Part shown: one piece after another, positions 32,532 to 42,559 of the stretch | Layout: every line of letters starts with the position of its first letter | Position numbering within the stretch: position 1 is the first letter of the stretch | NCBI GenBank assembly: GCA_902624075.1 | Contig: CACNWC010000003.1 | Location: forward strand, 31,819 to 95,818 | From: an uncultured Pelagibacteraceae bacterium | GTDB taxonomy: Bacteria; Pseudomonadota; Alphaproteobacteria; Pelagibacterales; Pelagibacteraceae | Length of the DNA: 64,000 nt | Reading direction: 5' to 3' | Translations under genes and position numbers: made by a program | Notes under the pieces: model-generated | Told to the model about the DNA's origin: nothing | The model's input: the letters and a program-made list of their open reading frames with translations, nothing else | Database searches by the model: none

Positions 32532-33114
32532 AAAAATTTTTATTATTTTATTTTTTTTATTGACAAGTTGTTCATCTATTCCAAAAAATACATCAAATAG
32601 TTGTTCTATTTTTGATGAAAGATATTTTTGGTATAAATATACAAAAAAAGTTGAGGAAAAATGGGGAACACCCATTTATATACAATTAGCAATTATAAAG
32701 ATGGAGTCAGATTTTGATTGGCTAGCTAAACCTCCAAGATCTAAAATTTTTAAAGTTATACCATATAAAAGACCATCTAGTTCATTTGGTTACTCTCAGG
32801 CCGTTAAGGGTACTTGGGAACAGTATAAAAAAGAAACAGGCAATAAACTCGCAACAAGGGCAAGATTTAAAGATAGTGTTGATTTTATAGGCTGGTATAC
32901 AAATAAAACAGAGTCAATTCTTAAAATTTCAAAGAAAGATGCGTTTAGACAATACCTTGCTTATCACGAAGGGTGGGGAAACTTTAAAAATTATAAAAAA
33001 AATAAAAAAGTGATTGCGATTGCAAAGAAAGTTGAAAAACAATCCAATATTTATAAAAAACAATTATTAAGATGCAAAAGTTTTTTAAACAAAAATAAAT
33101 ACATTATTTTTTAG
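32512..33114 (+). CDS. SLT-domain lytic transglycosylase-like lipoprotein
   Basis: Lipobox LLTSC, AIIKMES, SSSFGYSQA, YLAYHEG. Confidence 0.8.
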   Translation: MIKKNYKKIFIILFFLLTSCSSIPKNTSNSCSIFDERYFWYKYTKKVEEKWGTPIYIQLAIIKMESDFDWLAKPPRSKIFKVIPYKRPSSSFGYSQAVKGTWEQYKKETGNKLATRARFKDSVDFIGWYTNKTESILKISKKDAFRQYLAYHEGWGNFKNYKKNKKVIAIAKKVEKQSNIYKKQLLRCKSFLNKNKYIIF

Positions 33115-36100
33115 ATAATTCTTTCTTTAGCTCCAAATCAACTGAGTCAATTCTTTTGGTATTTTTTGCTAGAGCTAAATACATTGATGGGGTAACATAC
33201 AAAGTGAAAAAAGTTGAAATAATCATTCCTCCTAAAATCGTCGAACCTACAGCTAACCTAGAACCTTCACCAGCACCAGGACCTATATTTCCTATAACTA
33301 GAGGCATCATGGCTATCATTGTACTAAGTGAAGTCATTATAATAGGTCTAAACCTTACAGCACAGGCATCTTTAACGGCATCATCTATATTTTTTCCAGT
33401 TGTTCTAATTTGATTTGCATAATCTACAATTAAAATGCTGTTTTTAGTTGAAATACCTATCAGTATAATCAGCGCAATTTGAGAAAAAATGTTTACAGAA
33501 CTATTAAGGAATAAAATAAATACCAATCCACCAAATATAGCTAGCGGTACAGTTAAAATAATAATAAATGGGTGAATAAAAGAATTAAAGGTCGCTGCCA
33601 TTACTAAATATGCAGTTAGCAATGCTAAAGCAAAGATTATAAATAATTCATTACTTGTTTCTTTAATTTCTTCGGACTTTCCTTTCCACGCAATCTGATT
33701 TTCTGGAGCAAAATCGGTAATTACATTTTCAAAGAAACTTATCGCTTCAGTCAAAGTATAACCCTCATTAATATTTGCAGAAATTGTTACTGCTGGTTGC
33801 CTGTTATACCTTGCAAGTTCTTTTGCTGATCCTTCTTCGTTGAAAGTAACTAGATTTGCTAAAGAAATTAGTTTTCCATTTGTTTCTGAACGAACAAATA
33901 TTTTTGAAATACCCTCTTTGTTTCTTCTATCGGATAAATATTGTTGAACAATTATAGGATACTCTTTGCCTAATTTGTTAAAAGTCGTAATTTTTTTTCC
34001 TCCATAGAGAGTTTCAAGTGTTTCACCAATAGATTTTGTAGAAACACCTAAATCTTTGGCTTTAATTTTATTAATTATTAATTTTACTTCTGGTTTATTT
34101 CGATTGTAATCAGACTCTATTCTTGAAAGGTTTTTATTAGATCTTATTTCCCTAATCACTTTTTTTTGTATTTCTTCAAGTTCTTCATAAGTATTTCCGT
34201 AAATAACCATTTGTACAGGTTTAGTATAATTGGATACTCTTATTGATTGTGGAGAGATGGGGAAGGCCACTGCTTGAGGTAAAGTTACTATTTTTCCAAT
34301 AGCTTCTCTCAAAACAACTTCTTGCCCTTTTTTTCTATTTTTCCAGTCATCTAGTAAAGCAATTATTATAAAACTATTATACGAATTTGCGGAATTTCCA
34401 AACCCAGGAACCCTCATTATAAATCTTGAATATGGACTATTTTCAGCTTGAAGAAGTGGAAGAAGCTTGGCTTCTACTTTTTGAGCTTGTTCTTGAGTAT
34501 ATTCGAAAGAAGTTCCCTCATCTGTGAATCCTATAATTAAGTATGCTCCACGATCTTCGATTGGTAACAGTTCTTTTTTTGAAAAATTAAATAATAATAC
34601 TGACGAGATAACTATCAAGATTATAAAAAAACTTACAGTTTTTGTTTTATTTATAATTATATTTAAAGTCTCTTGATAAAAATTTGCAAAGTTTAAGAAA
34701 AACTTTTCAAATTTTCTAATAAAAAATTTTTTTGATGTTTTTTTATATAGAAATTTACTTGCAAGCATTGGAGATAATGTTAACGCTACAAAAGATGACA
34801 CAACAATCGAAAAAGATAAAGCAATTGCCGTTTCTCTGAATAAAGTTCCAGAAATTCCTTCAATAAAAATTAATGGTAGAAATACCGCAATCAGAATTAA
34901 AGTAGTGGCCACTATTGCAAAAGAAATTTGTTTAGAACCTTTGTAAGCAGCAACCAATGGAGTCTCACCATTTTCTATTCTTCTATATATTGCATCTGTC
35001 ATTATGACAGAGTCATCTGTTATTATTCCTATAGCAAGAATGAAACTTAGAAGAACGAAAATATTTATTGATAATCCAAATAAATATAAACCTAAAAATG
35101 AGGCTATAAGGCTTACAGGGAGCGCTATAGCAGGTACTATTACAGCCTTTAAATTACCTAGAAATAGATAAATTATTAAAACAACTAAAACAAAAGCTAT
35201 TAATAAAGTTTTATATACTTCTTCAATAGCAGCCTCTACATAGTTTGCTCTGTTAAAAGAAACTCTTAAATCTAATTCTTCTGGTAAAGATTTTTTAACT
35301 TGAATAATTTTTTTCTTAATATCTTTTGAAAGTTCAACTGTTGAGGCACCGCTTCTAGCATAAATGCCGATACCAACAGTTTTTAAATTGACTTGATCTT
35401 TAGTTTGAGCTTTAAAAAGAGTTTTTTCTGAAACAGGACCAAATTCTATATTAGCAACATCAGATAATAAAATAACTTTATTACCATTCTTTTTAATTGG
35501 TAGTTGTTTGATTGTATCAATATCAGTATATGCTTTATCTAAATTAAGTGTTAAATCTATATTGTCTGCCTCAAGTGTACCAGCCGGAAGACTTATATTT
35601 TCTCCCCGCATTGCAGTTTCAACTTCTTTAATTGTTAAATCATTAGCTGCAAGTCTAATAGGATCTATCCATACTCTAATACTTAACTCCCTTAATCCAC
35701 CAACTCTTATTCTTCCAACATTTTTTACACTTGAGAATTGATCAACTAAATATCTTTCAGCATAATCTCCTAACTCAAGGTCACTCCAAGTAGAAGATGA
35801 TAGAGATAACCACATTGTTGTAGTAAAACCAGCTGCTCTTTTCAGTATTTGTGGAGGATCAGACTCAGATGGCAAGTTATCAACAACTCTAGCAACTCTT
35901 TCTCTAATGTCATTAGCAGCATTATCTAACTCTATACTTGTATCAAATTCTACATTTATTGTACTTCTTCCATTTTCAGATTTAGAGTCAATATTTTTTA
36001 TACCCTCAGCACCACCAATAACATCCTCAATAACCTGGGTTACTTCTTGATCTACTATCGAAGCTGCAGCAGACTTATAATCTACTTGAATTTGTACGAC

Positions 36101-36232
36101 AGGTGGCTGTATGCCATTTGGTAGTTCTCTAACTGGCAATTTCCAAAAAACAAATAATCCAAAAACAATCAAAATTAGAGACATGACCCAAGATATTGTC
36201 GGTCTTTTAATACTTAATTCAGTAATAAACAT
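33104..36232 (-). CDS. RND efflux transporter, AcrB/AcrD/AcrF family
   Basis: SIKRP, GIITDDSVIM (TM4 Asp pair), ALTLSPML, GISTKNSILIVD, RFRPIIMTS. Confidence 0.95.
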   Translation of the reverse strand: MFITELSIKRPTISWVMSLILIVFGLFVFWKLPVRELPNGIQPPVVQIQVDYKSAAASIVDQEVTQVIEDVIGGAEGIKNIDSKSENGRSTINVEFDTSIELDNAANDIRERVARVVDNLPSESDPPQILKRAAGFTTTMWLSLSSSTWSDLELGDYAERYLVDQFSSVKNVGRIRVGGLRELSIRVWIDPIRLAANDLTIKEVETAMRGENISLPAGTLEADNIDLTLNLDKAYTDIDTIKQLPIKKNGNKVILLSDVANIEFGPVSEKTLFKAQTKDQVNLKTVGIGIYARSGASTVELSKDIKKKIIQVKKSLPEELDLRVSFNRANYVEAAIEEVYKTLLIAFVLVVLIIYLFLGNLKAVIVPAIALPVSLIASFLGLYLFGLSINIFVLLSFILAIGIITDDSVIMTDAIYRRIENGETPLVAAYKGSKQISFAIVATTLILIAVFLPLIFIEGISGTLFRETAIALSFSIVVSSFVALTLSPMLASKFLYKKTSKKFFIRKFEKFFLNFANFYQETLNIIINKTKTVSFFIILIVISSVLLFNFSKKELLPIEDRGAYLIIGFTDEGTSFEYTQEQAQKVEAKLLPLLQAENSPYSRFIMRVPGFGNSANSYNSFIIIALLDDWKNRKKGQEVVLREAIGKIVTLPQAVAFPISPQSIRVSNYTKPVQMVIYGNTYEELEEIQKKVIREIRSNKNLSRIESDYNRNKPEVKLIINKIKAKDLGVSTKSIGETLETLYGGKKITTFNKLGKEYPIIVQQYLSDRRNKEGISKIFVRSETNGKLISLANLVTFNEEGSAKELARYNRQPAVTISANINEGYTLTEAISFFENVITDFAPENQIAWKGKSEEIKETSNELFIIFALALLTAYLVMAATFNSFIHPFIIILTVPLAIFGGLVFILFLNSSVNIFSQIALIILIGISTKNSILIVDYANQIRTTGKNIDDAVKDACAVRFRPIIMTSLSTMIAMMPLVIGNIGPGAGEGSRLAVGSTILGGMIISTFFTLYVTPSMYLALAKNTKRIDSVDLELKKELSKK

Positions 36233-37102
36233 TTATTTTTTGATAGGTTTTATTTTTCCACGTGATCTAACTTTCTTTAATCCTTCGGCTACGATTATAT
36301 CACCTTCAGTTAAGCCAGAAATTATTTCTATACTTTTATCAGTTCTTATACCTGTTTTTATTTCGGTTTTATTAGCAATATTTTCTTTATTAATTTTATA
36401 AACATAAGACTTATCCCCCTCAATCATTACACTCGTGTCAGGAACACTTAAAGAATTTCTCAAATCAAATTTAACTCCAACTTCTAATAGTGATCCAGAA
36501 ATCAACTCTAAGTCTTTGTTTTTCACTTTTATTCTAGATAATAAACTTCTAGTATCAGCATTAATTCTACTTGAAACAAAGTCTACTTCACCTTCAAATA
36601 TTTTATCTTTGTAGCTAGTTAGTTTAACTTCTACTGGCAGTCCTTTTTTTATGTATGCAGAATAATTTTCAGGAATCTTGATATCAGAATAAATAACAGA
36701 GTTATCATCAAGTGTAATAATGACAATATTATCTGACACAAGAATATCTTCAGTAAGACCTGTATATCCCAACACACCACTAAATGGAGCTATAATATTT
36801 TCACTTTTCAATTTTATTAAAATTTCTCCCTTTTTAACAAAATTTTTTAATTTTATATCTTCTAATAGATCATCTTTTTTTATCTTAAATGTTTTTGATT
36901 TTTTTGAAATTGCTGTACCAAAGGTTTCTATTTTTTCTGAAAATTCTTTTTTGACTACTTCTGTTACAATTATCCCTGGTGGTGGTATTTTGTTAAATTT
37001 TTTTTTAAAATGATTTTCAATCATTATTCTTCCAATAATCACAGTTGCTATGATTAAAAAAAACACCAATATTATGGAAATAGTTTTTGTGGATCTTTTC
37101 AT
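36233..37102 (-). CDS. RND periplasmic adaptor (MFP), apparently lacking the alpha-hairpin
   Basis: N-terminal TM, VKKGEILIKL directly followed by IIAPFSG, SRINADTRS, GLTEGDIIVAEG. Confidence 0.88.
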   Translation of the reverse strand: MKRSTKTISIILVFFLIIATVIIGRIMIENHFKKKFNKIPPPGIIVTEVVKKEFSEKIETFGTAISKKSKTFKIKKDDLLEDIKLKNFVKKGEILIKLKSENIIAPFSGVLGYTGLTEDILVSDNIVIITLDDNSVIYSDIKIPENYSAYIKKGLPVEVKLTSYKDKIFEGEVDFVSSRINADTRSLLSRIKVKNKDLELISGSLLEVGVKFDLRNSLSVPDTSVMIEGDKSYVYKINKENIANKTEIKTGIRTDKSIEIISGLTEGDIIVAEGLKKVRSRGKIKPIKK

Positions 37103-37109
37103 ATTTAAT

Positions 37110-37925
37110 TTAAATTATTCCGTATTCAGCCCAAGAGCCATCATAAATACAAGGATGATATTTATCATTTATTAAAGAATAAGCTAGTGCCAAAACACAC
37201 GCAGTAACTCCAGAACCACACGAAAAAACTATATTTTTTTCATTTATATCTTCTACGCAATTTTCAAAAATAAGCTTAAGGTCTTTTTTACTTTTAAACG
37301 TTTTGTCTTCTCTCAAACAAAAATTAAAAGGTATACAAAAAGAATTTTTTATATTTCCACTTCTTAAACCTTTTCTAGGCTCTGCTACTTTACCATCAAA
37401 TCTTTCTTTGCTTCTAGCATCTATCACTTTAAAATACTGTTCTTCAATATTAAGATCAACTTGTTCTTTATTTTTTACAAGCTCTTTTTTTTCAAAACTT
37501 TTATATTTAGATGTTTTAATACTTGTAACATTATTTGTAACTTTTTTATTTTCTTTTATCCATTTTTTTAGCCCACCATTTAAAACATGAATCAATTTTG
37601 GATTATGGCCGAAATAAATAAAGTTAAACCAACATCTACATGAGCTAATGACATCTGAGTTATCGTAGACAACGATTTCATCTTCATTGTTTATTCCCAT
37701 TTTTGATACAATTTGTATCCAATCATTTTGTTCAACTAACATGTGTGGCAAATTAGTTTCTTTTTTTGAATTAGCATCCAAGTCAAAAAAAATCGAATTA
37801 GGTATATGCTGATTTTTATATTCTTCTAATCCATTTCTTTTAGTTTGTGGCATATGCCATGAGCAATCTATAATTTTAACAGAACTAATATTTTTTTCTA
37901 ACCAATCAGTTTCTACTAATGACAT
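37110..37925 (-). CDS. sseA: Two-domain rhodanese / 3-mercaptopyruvate sulfurtransferase
   Basis: HIPNS, LNGGL, DARS, CGSGVTAC, YDGSWAEY. Confidence 0.92.
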   Translation of the reverse strand: MSLVETDWLEKNISSVKIIDCSWHMPQTKRNGLEEYKNQHIPNSIFFDLDANSKKETNLPHMLVEQNDWIQIVSKMGINNEDEIVVYDNSDVISSCRCWFNFIYFGHNPKLIHVLNGGLKKWIKENKKVTNNVTSIKTSKYKSFEKKELVKNKEQVDLNIEEQYFKVIDARSKERFDGKVAEPRKGLRSGNIKNSFCIPFNFCLREDKTFKSKKDLKLIFENCVEDINEKNIVFSCGSGVTACVLALAYSLINDKYHPCIYDGSWAEYGII

Positions 37926-37926
37926 T

Positions 37927-38370
37927 CTATCTTTTTTCTAAATATTTTTGATGATATTCTTCAGCAGGACAATAGTTTTTCAATAATGAAATTTTAGTAA
38001 CAACTTTACCTGATAATCTTTCATTTGTATCGTTTAAAACTTTTTCAGCAATTTTTTTTTGGTTATCGTTAAGACAAAATATTTCACTTCGATATTGAGT
38101 TCCAAAGTCAGGTCCCTGAGAGTTTAGGGTAGTAGGATCATGAATCTGAAAAAAAGTTTTTAAAATCTTTTCATATGTTATAATTTTTTCATCAAAATCA
38201 AGTTTTACAACTTCAGCATGATTTGTATTACCTGTACATACTTCTTTGTAAGTTGTTGTAGGACTATTTCCACCACAATAACCAACCTCTGTTTTGATTA
38301 CACCTTCAATTTTACTAAATTTTATTTCTGGTCCCCAAAAACACCCAAGTGCTAAAACTGCTATTTCCAT
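37927..38370 (-). CDS. msrA: Peptide methionine sulfoxide reductase A (short form)
   Basis: GCFWG, HAEVV, HDPTTLNSQGPDFGTQYRS, AEEYHQKY. Confidence 0.95.
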   Translation of the reverse strand: MEIAVLALGCFWGPEIKFSKIEGVIKTEVGYCGGNSPTTTYKEVCTGNTNHAEVVKLDFDEKIITYEKILKTFFQIHDPTTLNSQGPDFGTQYRSEIFCLNDNQKKIAEKVLNDTNERLSGKVVTKISLLKNYCPAEEYHQKYLEKR

Positions 38371-38405
38371 TGATTAAAAGTTAATTTAATTTACAAATTA
38401 TTCAT

Positions 38406-39290
38406 ATGTTGAGTAAAAATCAATTAGGATTTTTGTACATGTTTATGTCCATTTGTGCATTTTCATTAATGGACGTAATTGTTAAATGGTCAGTAGACTA
38501 CCCAATCGGCCAAGTTTTATTTTTTAGAGGTTTTTTTGGAATGATCTTTTATTTTTTTGTAATCCCAAAAGAAAGATTACATAATTTTTATCAAACAAAA
38601 AGACCTGGTCTTCATATGTTAAGGTGTACATCTGGATTAATAGCACTTGTGGCAATTTTTATAGCTTTAAGAAAATTACCTTTGGCAACAGTTGTAAGTA
38701 TTTCTTTTGCAGCACCAATATTTACAACTATTTTTTCAATTTTTCTTTTGAGTGAAAAAGTTGGAATTTTTAGATGGCTAGCTGTTTTGGTAGGATTCAT
38801 TGGTATCTTGATAATTACAGAGCCTGGAATTAATGAATTAAATATTTATTATATTTTTCCAATTATATTTTGTTTAGGACTATCTTATGTTGCAATAACA
38901 ATTAGACAATTGTCCTCAACAGAACCTGTGTGGTTAATTTCTTTTTATTTTTCTCTTTCAATAACTTTGCTAAGTTTTTTTACAATTCCACAAGGATGGG
39001 TGATGCCGAACTTTAACCATCTAATGTTGTTATCATTAATTGGTATTTTTGGAGGTGTCGCAAATTTATGGTTAAGTCAATCTTATAAATATTCTGAGGT
39101 CTCACTTGTTACTCCATTAAAATATTTAGCATTAGTTTTTGCAATAATATTTGGTTATTTTATTTGGGATGAAATTCCCACAATAAAAACTCTTGTAGGG
39201 GCTTTTCTAGTAATAATTTCTACTTTAATAATCTTTAGAAGAGAGATCTATAAAAAAAAAATCATTTCCTCTGAAACAATAAATGACTAA
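38406..39290 (+). CDS. DMT/EamA family transporter
   Basis: Ten TM segments, FAAPIF, LSEKVGIFRW, FIWDEIP. Confidence 0.88.
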   Translation: MLSKNQLGFLYMFMSICAFSLMDVIVKWSVDYPIGQVLFFRGFFGMIFYFFVIPKERLHNFYQTKRPGLHMLRCTSGLIALVAIFIALRKLPLATVVSISFAAPIFTTIFSIFLLSEKVGIFRWLAVLVGFIGILIITEPGINELNIYYIFPIIFCLGLSYVAITIRQLSSTEPVWLISFYFSLSITLLSFFTIPQGWVMPNFNHLMLLSLIGIFGGVANLWLSQSYKYSEVSLVTPLKYLALVFAIIFGYFIWDEIPTIKTLVGAFLVIISTLIIFRREIYKKKIISSETIND

Positions 39291-39918
39291 AGTTCCAAAA
39301 TATTGGAATAAGGCAAAAAAGTATTTGTCTAAAAATGACAAAATAATGGCTAAATTAATTAAAGATTATCGAAGTCCTTCCGAAACTGTTTTGATATCTA
39401 GAAGAGATATTTTTTTTTCTTTATGTAAAAGTATAATTGGACAACAAATCAGTATTGCTGCCGCTAATTCAGTTTTTCTAAAATTTAAAAAAAAATGTAA
39501 TAATAGGATTAATGCCAAAGTAGTATCAAAATTAACTTTTTCACAATTGAAAAAATGTGGTCTAAGCAGACAGAAGGTTTTAGGGATACAGAGTTTAGCA
39601 AAACAGACAATTGATAAATCTTTTAATCCTAAATTAATTAATAGAATGAATGATGAAGAGGCCATAAATTATTTATCTAACTTAAGACAGATAGGAAGAT
39701 GGTCAGCAGAAATGATTTTGTTGTTTACTTATAATAGGCCTAATATTTGGCCTATTCAAGATATCGGTCTTCTAAGAGCAATATCAAAAAATTATAAAAA
39801 AAAATATTTGCCTCCTCAAAAGTTTGTATCTTTATTGCAAAAAAGATTTTCACCCTATTGCTCTGTAGCGACTTGGTATTTATGGAGAAGTATTGATCCT
39901 GAGCCTATTCAGTACTAA
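39283..39918 (+). CDS. alkA: DNA-3-methyladenine glycosylase II family (HhH-GPD)
   Basis: IIGQQIS, GLSRQK, IGRWSAEM, P-QDIGL, PYCSVATWYLW. Confidence 0.85.
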   Translation: MTKVPKYWNKAKKYLSKNDKIMAKLIKDYRSPSETVLISRRDIFFSLCKSIIGQQISIAAANSVFLKFKKKCNNRINAKVVSKLTFSQLKKCGLSRQKVLGIQSLAKQTIDKSFNPKLINRMNDEEAINYLSNLRQIGRWSAEMILLFTYNRPNIWPIQDIGLLRAISKNYKKKYLPPQKFVSLLQKRFSPYCSVATWYLWRSIDPEPIQY

Positions 39919-40204
39919 ACCCCTCAACGATTTGCATATGCCTTTTGGTTGTTTGCTTTGCTAAACTCCATCCAGCTTGATATTCCTTTGAATTATGACA
40001 CTCTATAGCTTTCTTATAATTAGGAAATTCCCAAATAACTGTTCTAACAAAATCGTCACCATCAAAAGTTTGATGTTCGCCACCTCTCACAAGGGCTTTT
40101 CCTCCAAAACTTTTTATAATCGGAGTAACAGTTTCCGCATATTTTTTTAAATTTTCTTGATTTTCTATTTTAAAATACAAACTAATCCAGTAACCTTTTT
40201 TCAT
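39905..40204 (-). CDS. DUF1330 family protein (dimeric alpha/beta barrel)
   Basis: KGYWI, FGGKALVRGG, RTVIWEFP, SKEYQ. Confidence 0.85.
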   Translation of the reverse strand: MKKGYWISLYFKIENQENLKKYAETVTPIIKSFGGKALVRGGEHQTFDGDDFVRTVIWEFPNYKKAIECHNSKEYQAGWSLAKQTTKRHMQIVEGFSTE

Positions 40205-40210
40205 CTTTAT

Positions 40211-40705
40211 TTATTTCAAAATTTCTTCTAATCTTAATGATGCAATTCTCTTAACTTGATTTTTTGCTTCATTAAACTCAATCTCAAAAGTATTTTTAAT
40301 CCTTTGTCTAAAATCATTTAATATTACATCCTTATTTTTTCCTTTGACAGCAATTATAAACGGAAAACCAAATTTTTTTTGATAATTTTCGTTTAAATAT
40401 TCAAATTCATCCAATTCTTCTTTTGTGCAGGTATTTAGTTTTGCTCCAGATTGCTCTTTTGATGAAAAAGAAGTCAATTTTTTCTCTATTGCTAACTTAG
40501 GATGTAAATTAAAAATTTCGATGATTTTCTCATTAGTGCTATTTTCATAAATATTCATCATTTTAATAATTAAATCTTCAGAGTTTATAAATGGCTTTAA
40601 GTTAAAAGCTTCTTCAGCAATCCAATTTGATTTTTCAAATATATTTCCAAAAAAGGATAAGAATTCTTTTTTTGTAAGAAGGTTAATGTTCTTAACTGGT
40701 TTCAT
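40211..40705 (-). CDS. uraD: OHCU decarboxylase
   Basis: NIFEKSNWIAE, HPKLA, SSKEQSGA, YQKKFGFPFIIAVKG, IASLRL. Confidence 0.93.
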   Translation of the reverse strand: MKPVKNINLLTKKEFLSFFGNIFEKSNWIAEEAFNLKPFINSEDLIIKMMNIYENSTNEKIIEIFNLHPKLAIEKKLTSFSSKEQSGAKLNTCTKEELDEFEYLNENYQKKFGFPFIIAVKGKNKDVILNDFRQRIKNTFEIEFNEAKNQVKRIASLRLEEILK

Positions 40706-40772
40706 TGTAGTTCAATAATAAAGATTTAATATATTTATTATGTAATTTTTGTATAGTATATAACTAATTATA

Positions 40773-41123
40773 ATGACTAAACTAACAACACATGTTCTTG
40801 ATGTTTATTCAGGAAAACCTGGAGCAGGAATTAAGGTAGATTTATACTTTGTTTCAGAAGGAAATAGAAAAAAAATAAAAAGCGTTGTTTTAAACAGCGA
40901 AGGTCGTTCCGATCAACCCTTGGTCGAAAAAGAGGAATTTAAAAAAGGCAAATATGAATTAATATTTTTTGTTGGAGATTATTTTAAAATTATTACTAAA
41001 AATAACGATTTAAAATTTTTAGATGATGTTATAGTTAGATTTGGTATTTCTAATAATAAAGAACATTATCATGTTCCATTATTAGTTTCACCTTGGAGTT
41101 ATTCAACATATAGAGGAAGTTAA
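40773..41123 (+). CDS. uraH: 5-hydroxyisourate hydrolase
   Basis: LTTHVLD, GR, HYHVPLLVSPWSYSTYRGS C-terminal signature. Confidence 0.96.
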   Translation: MTKLTTHVLDVYSGKPGAGIKVDLYFVSEGNRKKIKSVVLNSEGRSDQPLVEKEEFKKGKYELIFFVGDYFKIITKNNDLKFLDDVIVRFGISNNKEHYHVPLLVSPWSYSTYRGS

Positions 41124-42559
41124 TGGCCTCTGATACAATACAATTTTTATTTAATAATCAGATTTGTAAAATTACAAATCCCGACCCTAATAAAACAATT
41201 TTAAATTATATCCGTAATGATTTGAAATTAACTGGAACAAAAGAAGGTTGTGCCGAGGGTGGTTGCGGAGCATGCACAATAGTGTTAGGTGAGCTAAATA
41301 AAAATAAGATAATTTATAAATCAATCAATGCTTGTATAAGTTTTTTACCTACTCTTAATGGTAAACAATTAATTCTAATTGAAGATTTGGCTGATGAAAA
41401 TAAACCTCATATGGTTCAGGAAGCAATGGTCAAATTTCATGGATCTCAATGTGGATTTTGCACACCGGGCTTTACGATGTCTTTATTCTCAATGCGAAAA
41501 AATTATAAAATTATCAATAATGAAATAATTGAAGAGGCTTTGTCTGGAAACTTATGTAGATGTACAGGATATAGACCAATAATTGATGCTGCAAAAAGTT
41601 TAAATAATAAAAATGATAAAGATCATTTTGAAAAAAATCAAAATAAAACTATTCAATTATTAAAAAAGATAAAAGACGTTGATATTGAAATCAATTATCA
41701 AGGTAGAAAATTTTTTGCACCAAAAACTATACCAAATTTAAAAAAGATATTGAAAAAATACCCTAATGCAAAAATTTTGAGTGGAGGAACAGATCTATCT
41801 CTTGAGGTTACTAAATTTAGAAAAGACATCAAAACAATTGTTTCATTAAATTCTATTAAAAAATTGAATTTTGTAAAAAAAAATAAAGATTTAATAGAAA
41901 TTGGGGCTACAACTTCGCTTTTTGAATTTCAAAATCTGATCAAAAAATACTTTAAAGACTTTTATGATGTACTTAAAAGATATGGTTCAGTTCAAATTAG
42001 AAATATAGGAACTATTGCTGGAAATATTGCAACTGCCTCTCCTATAGGAGATACACTTCCTTTATTATTATCATTAGATGCAAAAATTGTAATTCAAGGG
42101 ATATATAAAAAAAAAGTTTATTCTTTAAATAATTTTTTTATATCTTACAGAAAAACAAAATTAAAAAAAAGTGAATTTATCTATTCAATAAAAATTCCTT
42201 TAGATAAAGAAAATGTATTTAAAGCTTATAAAATTTCAAAAAGATTTGACGATGATATTTCTTCTGTATGTGGCTCATTTAATTTTTTGATAAAAAAGAA
42301 TAAAATAACAAAAGCATCTATTGCTTATGGAGGAATGTCTGAAATTCCAAAAAGAGCAGCAATTATAGAAAAAAATTTAATAAATTCAGAATTTTCAGAA
42401 AATACATTCAATAGAGCTGTAAATTTTATGGACAAAGATTTTGCACCTTTAGATGATATGCGAGCCAGTAGAAATTATAGATTAACTGTAGCAAAAAATT
42501 TATTGTTAAAAGCTTTTTATGAAATTAAAAACAAAAAAAATATTAGAATACACTCATGA
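41123..42559 (+). CDS. xdhA: Xanthine dehydrogenase FeS/FAD subunit
   Basis: GTKEGCAEGGCGAC, QCGFCTPG, NLCRCTGY, GGTDL, ASPIGD, KISKRFDDDIS. Confidence 0.96.
   Translation: MASDTIQFLFNNQICKITNPDPNKTILNYIRNDLKLTGTKEGCAEGGCGACTIVLGELNKNKIIYKSINACISFLPTLNGKQLILIEDLADENKPHMVQEAMVKFHGSQCGFCTPGFTMSLFSMRKNYKIINNEIIEEALSGNLCRCTGYRPIIDAAKSLNNKNDKDHFEKNQNKTIQLLKKIKDVDIEINYQGRKFFAPKTIPNLKKILKKYPNAKILSGGTDLSLEVTKFRKDIKTIVSLNSIKKLNFVKKNKDLIEIGATTSLFEFQNLIKKYFKDFYDVLKRYGSVQIRNIGTIAGNIATASPIGDTLPLLLSLDAKIVIQGIYKKKVYSLNNFFISYRKTKLKKSEFIYSIKIPLDKENVFKAYKISKRFDDDISSVCGSFNFLIKKNKITKASIAYGGMSEIPKRAAIIEKNLINSEFSENTFNRAVNFMDKDFAPLDDMRASRNYRLTVAKNLLLKAFYEIKNKKNIRIHS

Noticed and set aside
40716-40742. ATAATAAA-N11-TTTATTAT palindrome in the divergent uraD/uraH promoter region
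   Set aside because: The arms are all A/T in a very AT-rich genome, so it is expected by chance, and no cognate regulator is nearby.
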